Assembly (NCBI GenBank): GCA_011388675.1
Contig: DROW01000174.1
Span: 1 to 49,723 of the forward strand
DNA from: Chloroflexota bacterium
GTDB taxonomy: Bacteria; Chloroflexota; Anaerolineae; B4-G1; DUEL01
Direction of reading: 5' to 3'
DNA: 49,723 nt
Below are positions 27,210-36,765 of the stretch, piece by piece. The notes under the pieces are model-generated. The model saw only the letters and a program-made list of their open reading frames with translations, was not told the DNA's origin and made no database searches. A program made the translations under genes and the position numbers. Numbering within the stretch: the first letter of the stretch is position 1; each line of letters begins with the position of its first letter.

Positions 27210-28013
27210 ATGAGCGCGGTTATTATCGAGAGCGGGTTGGTCCATTATGAGGCCCTGGGCCGGGGCCGGCCACTGATCTTGATCCACGGCTGGCTGGGCT
27301 CCTGGCGTTACTGGGTGCCGACGATGGACGACCTTTCCGACCGGTACCGGACCTACGCGCTGGACCTGTGGGGGTTTGGCGATTCGGACCGGCGGCAGGG
27401 CGGATATACGCTCTCTGAATACGTCGCGCAGGTGCGCCGGTTTATGGACGAGATGGGGATTGTGCGCGCGCCGTTAGTGGGGCATGCCCTGGGTGGGGTG
27501 GTGGCGCTCCGCCTGGCGGTGGAGTCGCCTGAGCGGGTGGAGCAGGTGATGGGAGTCAGTGTGCCGCTGGACGGGACGGCCGTCGGGCGGTCTCTGGCCT
27601 CCTTCTCAGGCAACGGCGATGACATCCTGGCGCGCGTCTTGGGCCGTCGACAGGCCAGCGAGTACCCCGAGGTGAGGCTGGAGGCCAGAAAAGCGGATGG
27701 GCTTGCCGTCGCCGATACCGTGCGTGCGGTGATGCAGATGGACCTGCGTCGGGATCTGGCGCTGGTCAGCGTCCCCGTCCTCTTGGTCTACGGGGGGCAC
27801 GATCCGTTGATTCAGAGGCCGGAGGAGAAAGAGCGCAGGAGACGGTGGGACGAGGAAGACAACGTCCGGGTCATCTGTCTGGAGGAATCCCGCCACTTCC
27901 CGATGCTGGACGAGATGAACAAGTTTAACCGGCTGCTGCGGCAGTTCTTGGATACGAGCGGCGACCTCAGCGCGCTGGAAGTGAAGGAGGAGTGGCGGCG
28001 GCGGGTGCGATAG
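27210..28013 (+). CDS. alpha/beta-hydrolase fold paralog lacking the nucleophile Ser (GHALGG)
   Basis: It aligns along its N-terminal half with the 17052-17837 product (GLVHYEA.GRG.P.I..H.WLGSW.YWV.TM..L.DRY.TYALD.WGFG.S). The elbow is GHALGG rather than GHSMGG. Asp (GGHDPLI) and His (SRHFPMLDE) are retained. Confidence 0.8.
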   Translation: MSAVIIESGLVHYEALGRGRPLILIHGWLGSWRYWVPTMDDLSDRYRTYALDLWGFGDSDRRQGGYTLSEYVAQVRRFMDEMGIVRAPLVGHALGGVVALRLAVESPERVEQVMGVSVPLDGTAVGRSLASFSGNGDDILARVLGRRQASEYPEVRLEARKADGLAVADTVRAVMQMDLRRDLALVSVPVLLVYGGHDPLIQRPEEKERRRRWDEEDNVRVICLEESRHFPMLDEMNKFNRLLRQFLDTSGDLSALEVKEEWRRRVR

Positions 28014-28094
28014 GGGGAGCGGCTCCAGGCATCGAGGCACGGAGTCCTGCGGTGATTACGTGGGGAGAGGTCCCCACGCTGCGCACTTTTTGCA

Positions 28095-28164
28095 CCGCAG
28101 AGACACGGAGGGCGCAGAGAGTTGAAAGAAGTTGGAGGACTCTGCGCCCTCTGCGTCTCTGCGG
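28095..28164. repeat. long GC-rich palindromic element (REP/MITE-like) in a convergent intergenic region; probable bidirectional terminator
   Basis: CCGCAGAGACACGGAGGGCGCAGAG (28095-28119) pairs with CTCTGCGCCCTCTGCGTCTCTGCGG (28140-28164). That is 25 positions with 1 mismatch and 1 G-U, around a 20-nt loop. The arm is related to the element at 34262-34306. Confidence 0.6.
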
Positions 28165-28178
28165 CGAGGGTGGTAAAC

Positions 28179-28616
28179 CTACCGCTCCAGGAGGATGGTG
28201 ACCGGACCGTCGTTGTAGATCTGTACCAGCATATGGGCGCCGAAGAGGCCGGTCTTCACTGGGACGCCGGTCTCCGCGAGGACGCGGGCGAACAGGTCCA
28301 CCAGCGGCTCCGCCACCTCCGGCGGGGCCGCGTTAACGAAAGAAGGCCTTCGCCCCTTTCGGGCGTCAGCGTAGAGGGTGAACTGAGAGACCACCAGGGC
28401 CTCCCCCTCCACATCCAGCAGGCTGGCGTTCATCTTGCCGTGCTCGTCCTCGAAGATGCGCAGGCCGGCCACCTTGCGGGCCAGCCACGCCGCCTGCTCC
28501 TCGGCGTCGCCGTGGGTGACCCCCACCAGGACGACGACGCCCCGCCCGATCCGGGCGATCGTTTCCCCGTCTACGGACACCGCTGCCTGACTAACCCTCT
28601 GGACCAGTGCTCGCAT
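28179..28616 (-). CDS. dtd: D-aminoacyl-tRNA deacylase
   Basis: [45 protein letters not shown].. through the NDGPVT C-terminal motif. Confidence 0.9.
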   Translation of the reverse strand: MRALVQRVSQAAVSVDGETIARIGRGVVVLVGVTHGDAEEQAAWLARKVAGLRIFEDEHGKMNASLLDVEGEALVVSQFTLYADARKGRRPSFVNAAPPEVAEPLVDLFARVLAETGVPVKTGLFGAHMLVQIYNDGPVTILLER

Positions 28617-28974
28617 CGTCTATCCCTCGGGCCCGTCCCCGCCATTCTTCGGGGGGGAACCGTTGCTCGTTGCGGGCCAATTTAGCCTGCACCGCCTCGC
28701 TGACGTCCGCCCCCAGCGCGTTCGCCAGACTCAAGGCGTAGATCAACACGTCGGCCAGTTCGTCGACGACCGCTGCCCGTCGACGAGGGTTTTCCATCGC
28801 CGCAGCGGCCTGCTCGGGGGAGAGCCAGAGGAAGTGCTCCATCAGTTCCGCGGCCTCGATGGCGATGGCGACGCTCAGGTTCCTGGGCGTGTGGTAGATC
28901 TCCCACTCCCGGGCGGCCACGAAGGCGGCGACCTGCCGACGTAGATGGGCTACGGTGGTCGCTTCGTCGCTCAT
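28591..28974 (-). CDS. MazG-like nucleotide pyrophosphohydrolase (small all-alpha NTP-PPase)
   Basis: ..[29 protein letters not shown].. and ..[14 protein letters not shown].. are EExxE/D-type motifs. The ATG overlaps the trpS stop (ATGA), and the 3' end overlaps dtd by 26 nt. Confidence 0.8.
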   Translation of the reverse strand: MSDEATTVAHLRRQVAAFVAAREWEIYHTPRNLSVAIAIEAAELMEHFLWLSPEQAAAAMENPRRRAAVVDELADVLIYALSLANALGADVSEAVQAKLARNEQRFPPEEWRGRARGIDDASTGPEG

Positions 28975-29963
28975 CGGACCGGTGGGAGGCCGATGGCCTC
29001 CTTGACCTCGGCGAGGACCTGGGAGGCGATGGCGGTAGCCCGACGAGCGCCGTCCGCCAGGACGTCCCAGATGTGGTCCGGCTCGGCGGCCAGCGCGGCC
29101 CGGCGCTCACGGAACGGCGCGAAGTAGTCGGCGATGTTCTGCGCCAGCAGCCGCTTGCAGTCCACACAGCCGATCCGCGCCGTCCGACAGTCCTGTTCGA
29201 TCTGCTCGACGTCGTCGGGGGAGAAGAAGCCGTGGAAGGTGAAGACGTTGCACACCTCCGGCCGGCCGGGGATGTGCCGGTGGGTGCGCTGGGGGTCGGT
29301 AACCATCCGCATCACCCGCTCCCGGATCTCCTCCGGCTCGGCGGCGATCTCGATGTGGTTGTTCAGCGATTTGCTCATCTTCTGCTGCCCGTCGATGCCC
29401 AGCACCTTGGGGAAATCGGTGTATTTGGCCTGCGGCTCGACGAGGACCTCGCCGAAGTGGTAGTTGAAACGGCGCACGATCTCGCGGGCAAGTTCCAGGT
29501 GGGGGGCCTGGTCCCTTCCCACCGGCACCGTGTCCGCTTTGTAGAGGACGATGTCGGCGGTCATCAGCACCGGGTAGCCGACCAGGCCGTAGTTGACGTT
29601 GTCCGGCTGCTGGCGGACCTTCTCTTTGAAGGTGGGGAGCCGGGTCAGCCAGCCGAGGGGGGTGAGCATCGACAGGATGGTGTGCAGTTCGGAGACCTGG
29701 GGGGTGTGGGACTGGATGAAGAGGATGGTCTTCTCCGGATCGATCCCGGCGGCCAACCAGTCCAGGGCCATCTCGTAGGTCCACTCGCGGATCTTGTCGG
29801 TGTCCTTCAGGGTGGTCAGAGCGTGCAGGTCGGCGACGAAGTAGATGCATTCGTAGTCTTCCTGGAGCGCGACGTAGTTGCGGATGGCCCCCAGGTAGTT
29901 ACCCAGGTGCTGGCGGCCCGTGGGACGGGCCCCGGAGACCACACGACCCTTCTTTGCCCCCAT
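28971..29963 (-). CDS. trpS: tryptophan--tRNA ligase
   Basis: SGARPTGRQHLGNYLGA (HIGH-type region), FVADLHALT, KMSKSL. I chose the ATG at 29963 because GGAGG lies 5 nt upstream. The longest ORF extends to 30002. Confidence 0.9.
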   Translation of the reverse strand: MGAKKGRVVSGARPTGRQHLGNYLGAIRNYVALQEDYECIYFVADLHALTTLKDTDKIREWTYEMALDWLAAGIDPEKTILFIQSHTPQVSELHTILSMLTPLGWLTRLPTFKEKVRQQPDNVNYGLVGYPVLMTADIVLYKADTVPVGRDQAPHLELAREIVRRFNYHFGEVLVEPQAKYTDFPKVLGIDGQQKMSKSLNNHIEIAAEPEEIRERVMRMVTDPQRTHRHIPGRPEVCNVFTFHGFFSPDDVEQIEQDCRTARIGCVDCKRLLAQNIADYFAPFRERRAALAAEPDHIWDVLADGARRATAIASQVLAEVKEAIGLPPVR

Positions 29964-30078
29964 TTCGCCTCCTTGCATCGATCTGGGTGTCAAGTGTACC
30001 ACAGGAGTAGGGAACCAACAAGGCCGATCCTGCTCACCCGCCCAGTAGACGGGGAGGGATCGGCCTTGTACGAGCCGC

Positions 30079-30110
30079 CTGGGCGGGAGGTGGGTTAGAC
30101 CTCCCGCCAG
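30079..30110 (-). terminator. hairpin overlapping the stop codon of the RpiR-family gene
   Basis: CTG(G)GCGGGAGGT-gggttag-ACCTCCCGCCAG is a 12-bp stem with one bulge, and the loop contains the TAA stop. There is no U-tract, so its function is uncertain. Confidence 0.35.
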
Positions 30111-30973
30111 ACGCGGTAGATGTCTCCGCGTTTGCTTTCCTCTGCCTGCTTGCTCAACAGGTCAGCGTAGGTCTGATGCAGCGCGTTGATGCGCGCCTCC
30201 ATCTGCTCTTCGTCGCGGGCCAGGAGGGCCTGCCAGATGGCCATCATCACGGCGACGAGGGTAGCGATGGAGGGCACTCCCAGCGGAGTCTGCGCGGGGC
30301 AGACGAGGACGTGTTCGGTGGTCTGCGCCGGCGGGGTGACCAGGGAGACGCTGATGGCACCGGTCTTTGCCTTCTTCTCCTGGGCGGCGCGAAGGACCGC
30401 GGCGGTGTCCACGCCGGCTCCCGGGACGCCAATGCCCAGAACCAGGTCCTCCGGCCCCAGGTCTTTGACGATGAAGGCGGCGCGGGCCGGATCGGCGTGG
30501 AGGACGGCGGCGTTGACCCCCGCCATCCGCAGGTAGTCCACGAAAAGGGAGGCCAGGCTGGTGCCCGTTCCCTCCCCGACGACCCAGACGCGCTGCGCCT
30601 CAGCGATCATCCCTACGATCGCGGCCGCCTCTTCGGATACCTGGGCCACGGCCATCCCCAGCGTATGGCGCTGGTGCTCCAGCAGGGCCTGCAGTCGCTC
30701 CGCGTCGGTTTTGGCCTCCGGGAACTTCGCGTAGGCCGCGGTGAGGTCCTCCTTCACACGTCGCTTGATCTCGCGGGCCAGTTCGCGGTAGCCGGAGTAG
30801 CCCAGCGTCTGGGAGAAGCGGACAACCGTGGCGGCGTCGACGCCGAGGGCGCTGGCCAGTTCCGTCGCCGTCATAAAAGCGACGTCCAGTTCGTTGTTGA
30901 GGATGAAATCGGCCAGGCGCTTGAAACTGGGTGTGAGACTTTCGTATGCCTGTTTGATCCGTTCTCTGAACAT
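30095..30973 (-). CDS. MurR/RpiR-family transcriptional regulator (HTH_6 plus SIS domain)
   Basis: The N-terminal RpiR-type HTH is (..FKRLADFILNNELDVAFMTATELASALGVDAATVVRFSQTLGYSGY..). The SIS domain is (..VWVVGEGTGTSLASLF..). Confidence 0.85.
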   Translation of the reverse strand: MFRERIKQAYESLTPSFKRLADFILNNELDVAFMTATELASALGVDAATVVRFSQTLGYSGYRELAREIKRRVKEDLTAAYAKFPEAKTDAERLQALLEHQRHTLGMAVAQVSEEAAAIVGMIAEAQRVWVVGEGTGTSLASLFVDYLRMAGVNAAVLHADPARAAFIVKDLGPEDLVLGIGVPGAGVDTAAVLRAAQEKKAKTGAISVSLVTPPAQTTEHVLVCPAQTPLGVPSIATLVAVMMAIWQALLARDEEQMEARINALHQTYADLLSKQAEESKRGDIYRVWREV

Positions 30974-31125
30974 GCCGGTACCCCCTTGTGAGAAAGTCTA
31001 GGTCTTCAATCGACTTCATATTATATCATATTCACCGTCAAATGCAAATTAAGTTTCTGGGGCGGGTCTGTAATACCACTTGTCCGACCGTCGGTATAAC
31101 GGCTGGCGGGTGGCACTGCCGTGGA

Positions 31126-31154
31126 TTGATTGAACCTCGCGTGTGTGGTAAGAT
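31126..31154 (+). promoter_or_regulatory. sigma70-type promoter candidate for the flavoprotein/SBP pair
   Basis: TTGATT (31126-31131), 17-nt spacer, TAAGAT (31149-31154). It lies in an AT-rich divergent intergenic region shared with the rpiR-family gene. Confidence 0.4.
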
Positions 31155-31194
31155 AGGAGCCTGTTGGGGCGGAGGCCCCGAGAGGAGGTGATCC

Positions 31195-32325
31195 GTGAGG
31201 ATACTGGCGATCAACGGTAGCCCGCGTGGCCGCCAGGGGAACACCGAGGTCATCCTGCAAGCCTTCCTGGAGGGGGCCCGGAGCGCGGGGGCGGAGGCAG
31301 AGGTCGTCTATCTCAAGGAGAAGACGATTCGGCACTGCACGGGGTGCTTCACTTGCTGGACCAAGACCCCGGGCGTCTGTATCCATCAGGACGATATGCC
31401 CGCGCTCCTTGAGAGAGTGATCGAGGCCCGCATCCTCGTCTTCGCGACCCCGCTCTACGTGTTCACCGTTTCCGGCCTGATGAAGGACTTTATGGATCGG
31501 CTGATTCCCCTCGCGCTCCCTCACATCGTTCGCCGGGGGCACCACTACATCCATCCGATGCGCCGTCCAGACGTTTGGCCGAAGAAGGTGGTCCTCATCT
31601 CCAACTGCGGTTTCCCGGAGCCCCATCACTTTTCCGGGCTGGAGGAGACGTTCCTCCGTTTCGCCGACTCGCCGGATCTGGAATGGGCCGGGAGCGTTCT
31701 CTGTGCGGGAGGGGAGTTGCTCCGATCCCCGCTGCGGGAGCGGATGGGGTGGTATCTGGACGCGGCGCGGCAGGCCGGAGCGGAGGTGGTGGAGAGGGGC
31801 GAGATCCTCCCGGAAACCCGGGCGGTGCTCAGCAGGCCCCTGATCGCGGATCCGGCGGTCTATGCGCGGATGGCGAATGCCTATTGGCGGAGCCTGGGGG
31901 TGGAGCCGCCTCCTTCGCAGGCCACCACCCGGTCGGATGCGCCTCAGGCACGGCTGCTTCTCCCACCCCGCTCCCTGGACACGGTGCGGGATGCGGTCGC
32001 CGGGATGGCGGTCGCCTTCCGGCCCGAGGAGGCCGGCGACCTGAAGGCGGTGATCCAGTTCGAGGTGGAGGGCGAGGAGCCGGGGAGGTATTACCTCCTC
32101 ATCGCCGACGGACAGTGTGCGGCCTACGAGGGGGAGCACCCCGCGCCCACGTTGACCATTCGCACCCCTGCGGAGGTCTGGCTGGGGATCGTTCGGGGGG
32201 AGGTCAACGGCGCCCAGGCGATGATGGAGGGGCGGTATGCGGTCGAGGGAGACCTCGGGCTGCTGATGCGGTTTGGCCGCCTCTTTTCTGGCCGACATCG
32301 TAACCGGATCGAGGTGGAGGAATGA
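31195..32325 (+). CDS. flavodoxin-like NAD(P)H-dependent FMN reductase domain fused to a C-terminal SCP2 sterol/lipid-carrier domain
   Basis: The N-terminus is MRILAINGSPRGRQGNTE..CTGCFTCW..VFATPLYVFTVSG. The C-terminus is SCP2-like (..AVIQFEVEGEEPGRYYLLIADGQC..PAEVWLGIVRGEVNGAQAMMEGRYAVEGDLGLLMRF). GTG start 6 nt after GGAGG. Confidence 0.7.
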   Translation: MRILAINGSPRGRQGNTEVILQAFLEGARSAGAEAEVVYLKEKTIRHCTGCFTCWTKTPGVCIHQDDMPALLERVIEARILVFATPLYVFTVSGLMKDFMDRLIPLALPHIVRRGHHYIHPMRRPDVWPKKVVLISNCGFPEPHHFSGLEETFLRFADSPDLEWAGSVLCAGGELLRSPLRERMGWYLDAARQAGAEVVERGEILPETRAVLSRPLIADPAVYARMANAYWRSLGVEPPPSQATTRSDAPQARLLLPPRSLDTVRDAVAGMAVAFRPEEAGDLKAVIQFEVEGEEPGRYYLLIADGQCAAYEGEHPAPTLTIRTPAEVWLGIVRGEVNGAQAMMEGRYAVEGDLGLLMRFGRLFSGRHRNRIEVEE

Positions 32326-34010
32326 AACGACAGTTCCTGTTCCCGTTGTACGTCCTGTTGCTGGTAGCGCTGCTGGTCGGATGCGCTTCAGAGGCGACCC
32401 CCCCTCCTCCGGCGGGCAGCGCGCCTACGCCTACGCCCTTGCCTTCGGGCGTTCCCCTGCCCCAGCGCATTCGAACCCGGGGGTATCTGATCGTCGGCGT
32501 GCGGTACGACCTGCCGTCGATCTGCTCTGTGACCGAGGAGGGGACCCTGGCCGGGTTTGAGGTGGACCTGGGGCGGGAGTTGGCTCGCCGCTGGCTGGGA
32601 GACCCCGACGCCGTCCGGTTCCGGCAGGTGCGATCCGACACGGCGGTGAGACATCTGCTGTCGGGGGACGTCGATCTGACGCTGGCGGCGCTGGCCCACA
32701 CGCAGGAGCGGGAGGAAGAGGTCGATTTCGGTCCGACCTATTTTCTGGACGGACAGGCTCTGTTGGTGCGGGCCTCGGACGCGATGTCGATCACCTCCCC
32801 AGTGGACCTCGTCGGGCGGGTCGTGGGGATCGAAGAGGGTTCGGAGGCGGCCGATGCGCTGGCCGCCACGGTCGAGTTCACTCCTACGTTCCAGACGTAT
32901 CCCACGCTGGACCGGGCGATCGCAGGGTTGATCGACGGGGAGGTGGACGCGGTGGCCGACCTTCACCACCGCCTGGTCCGGGGATTGACGCCCGGCTCCG
33001 GCCTGCAGGTGGTCGGCCTGTACACGCAGATCCCGGTGGCCCCAGCCTACCCGCCCAACGAGCCGGGCTTCGCCGACCTGGTCGCCCTGACGTTTCAGGA
33101 GATGTGGTCGGACGGGACGTTCGCCGGGCTGTACGAGCGGTGGTTCCCGGGGGCTCCGTGGCCCTCCGTGGAGATCTGGCCCGGAGCGGCGACGATCACG
33201 CTGGAGGAGGCCGGGGGAGCCAAGAGAGTCTCGGGGACGATGGATGGCGTCCGTAACCGGGGGCGACTGCGGGTGGCGATGGTGGCCGACCGACCGCCGT
33301 TCGCCTATGTCGATGCCACGGGTGCGCCGGCTGGGTACGAGGTTCGCCTGCTGGCCGCGCTGGCCGAACGGTGGCTGGGGGACCCTCTGGCGGTGGACCT
33401 CCTGCCGGTAACGATGGACGAGGGGATGCGGATGTTGCGGGATGGGGAGGCCGATCTGCTGATCGGCGCGATCCCCCACACGCAGGAAGCGGAATTGGCG
33501 GTGGATTTCAGCCTGACGGTCTATCTGGCCGGGCAGAGCCTGATGGTCCAGGCGGGGTCTGGTATCGAGGGAATCGCCGACCTGGACGGGCAGCCGGTGG
33601 CGATCGTCTCCGGCTCCGGGGGTGGGGAGGCCCTGCAGCGGATCGCTCAGGATCTGCACATCTCCCCGGTCATCGTCCCCAAAGCGACATTGGACGAGGC
33701 GATTGCGGCCCTGCAGGCGGGGGAGGTGGTGGCCATCGTCGGAGAGCGCACCGAGTTGCTGGGGCCTGCCTACGCCACGCCAGGGCTTGGGGTGACGGCC
33801 GACCGGCTGACCTCGGTCCCCCTTGCCTTCGGCCTGCCCCCCGGCGATTCCTCCTTCCGCGATCTGGTGAACCTCACGCTGGAGGCAATGGTCCAGGACG
33901 GGACGTTTGCAGCGATCTATGGGGAGTGGTTCGACGACTCACCGCCGGAGATCGAACGGTGGCCGGGGGCACCGACGCAGCCCCTGCGATTGCTCCCTCC
34001 CTCCTCTTAA
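32322..34010 (+). CDS. lipoprotein with two tandem family-3 (amino-acid type) solute-binding domains
   Basis: Lipobox LLVALLVGCAS. There are two internally similar halves (..RGYLIVGVRYDLP..VDLTLAALAHTQERE.. and ..RGRLRVAMVADRPPFAY..ADLLIGAIPHTQEAE..). The ATG overlaps the upstream stop (ATGA). Confidence 0.75.
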   Translation: MKRQFLFPLYVLLLVALLVGCASEATPPPPAGSAPTPTPLPSGVPLPQRIRTRGYLIVGVRYDLPSICSVTEEGTLAGFEVDLGRELARRWLGDPDAVRFRQVRSDTAVRHLLSGDVDLTLAALAHTQEREEEVDFGPTYFLDGQALLVRASDAMSITSPVDLVGRVVGIEEGSEAADALAATVEFTPTFQTYPTLDRAIAGLIDGEVDAVADLHHRLVRGLTPGSGLQVVGLYTQIPVAPAYPPNEPGFADLVALTFQEMWSDGTFAGLYERWFPGAPWPSVEIWPGAATITLEEAGGAKRVSGTMDGVRNRGRLRVAMVADRPPFAYVDATGAPAGYEVRLLAALAERWLGDPLAVDLLPVTMDEGMRMLRDGEADLLIGAIPHTQEAELAVDFSLTVYLAGQSLMVQAGSGIEGIADLDGQPVAIVSGSGGGEALQRIAQDLHISPVIVPKATLDEAIAALQAGEVVAIVGERTELLGPAYATPGLGVTADRLTSVPLAFGLPPGDSSFRDLVNLTLEAMVQDGTFAAIYGEWFDDSPPEIERWPGAPTQPLRLLPPSS

Positions 34011-34012
34011 GG

Positions 34013-34195
34013 CTATGAGCGGGGGGCCATCCGTTCCAGGTCGGCGCGGGGGACCTTCACCACGTGCCGACACCGGGGGCACTCGAAGGTGTAGTATTCC
34101 AGATCTTTCTCTCGAAGTTCCTCCAGCGCGGCGATCACCGCCTCACGGCTGAGGCTGAACATATGGCCGCATCGCTGGCATCGTACACGTCTCAT
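34013..34195 (-). CDS. small zinc-ribbon protein (60 aa)
   Basis: Two CxxC pairs (CQRCGH .. CPRCRH). GGAGGG SD 4-5 nt upstream and a promoter-like element further upstream. Confidence 0.5.
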   Translation of the reverse strand: MRRVRCQRCGHMFSLSREAVIAALEELREKDLEYYTFECPRCRHVVKVPRADLERMAPRS

Positions 34196-34230
34196 CGGGT
34201 CCCTCCTCGTCGCTCAATCTTCCTGCTGCG

Positions 34231-34259
34231 ATTGTAAGCCAAAAGAGGGGGAAGGACAA
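34231..34259 (-). promoter_or_regulatory. sigma70-type promoter candidate for the small zinc-ribbon gene
   Basis: On the minus strand: TTGTCC (34254-34259), 17-nt spacer, TACAAT (34231-34236). Confidence 0.4.
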
Positions 34260-34261
34260 GC

Positions 34262-34306
34262 GGAGGGTGCAGAGTCAGCGTTTTTCCCTTGCCCTCTGCG
34301 CCCTCC
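34262..34306. repeat. second copy of the GC-rich palindromic element family; likely terminator after the cysC-rocD fusion gene
   Basis: GGAGGGTGCAGAG (34262-34274) pairs with CTCTGCGCCCTCC (34294-34306): 13 bp with one G-U and a 19-nt loop. The right arm plus flank CTCTGCGCCCTCCGCGCCTCCACGGCGAG closely matches CTCTGCGCCCTCTGCGTCTCTGCGGCGAG at 28140-28168. Confidence 0.5.
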
Positions 34307-34329
34307 GCGCCTCCACGGCGAGATTCGGG

Positions 34330-36078
<1,749 letters not shown>

Positions 36079-36114
36079 ACCCAACGTGCTCCTTTCCTTC
36101 GATTCGGTAAGAAG

Positions 36115-36765
36115 TTATCCGTCCTCTGGTGCTCGTTGCCTTTCCTGTTCGGCCAGCGCCGCCCGAATCTCCGCCTCGGGGATCGCTCCTTCCCGCAGGA
36201 TCGCCGGTGGCCAGACGGTGCAATCCAGCACGGTGGAGGGGATCCCGCCCCGACAGGGCCCGCCGTCCACGATCAGATCCACCCGGCCCGCCAGTTGCTC
36301 CAGGGCCTCTTGGGCCGTCAGCGCGGCCGGCTGACCGGAGAGGTTGGCGCTGGTAACCGCGAGGACGCCGCCCGCAGCCCGGATGATCCCCCGGGCCAGG
36401 TCGAGGTCGGGGATGCGGACCCCCACCGTCGGTCCGGGGCTCACGACGGTCGGTACGGCGTCGGTCTTGGGGACCACCAGGGTCAGTCCTCCGGGCCAGA
36501 ACCGGCGGGCGAGGGGGAGGATCGATTCCGGCAGGACAGCCACCTTTGGGAGGTGTTCGACGTCGGAGAGCAGGAGGGCGATGGGGCGGCTGGTGTTGCG
36601 CCCTTTTGCTTCGTAGATGCGGGCGATCGCCTCCCGATCGCCCACGTGTGCCGCCAGGCCGTAGACGGTGTCGGTCGGGAAGACGACCAGTCCTCCGCCA
36701 CGCAGCACCTCAGCGGCGCGCTCGATTGCTCCCTCTTCGGTTGCACGGATCACCTGGGTCGCCAT
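36115..36765 (-). CDS. tsaC: L-threonylcarbamoyladenylate synthase (TsaC/YwlC/Sua5 family, single domain)
   Basis: ..GGLVVFPTDTVYGLAA.., ..IYEAKGRNTSRPIALL.., ..VRIPD.., ..AVTSANLSGQP.., ..STVLD... The ATG at 36765 follows GGAGGTGCA. It overlaps the prmC 3' end by 16 nt. Confidence 0.85.
   Translation of the reverse strand: MATQVIRATEEGAIERAAEVLRGGGLVVFPTDTVYGLAAHVGDREAIARIYEAKGRNTSRPIALLLSDVEHLPKVAVLPESILPLARRFWPGGLTLVVPKTDAVPTVVSPGPTVGVRIPDLDLARGIIRAAGGVLAVTSANLSGQPAALTAQEALEQLAGRVDLIVDGGPCRGGIPSTVLDCTVWPPAILREGAIPEAEIRAALAEQERQRAPEDG

Noticed and set aside
29964-30094. Possible T-box riboswitch leader upstream of trpS, including a 12-bp hairpin CAAGGCCGATCC...GGATCGGCCTTG at 30018-30067
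   Set aside because: Only about 130 nt are available, which is too short for a stem I, specifier and antiterminator architecture. I could not find the conserved T-box sequence (..GGTGGTACCGCG..) or a terminator/antiterminator pair. The hairpin may simply be a terminator or stabiliser for the upstream rpiR-family gene.
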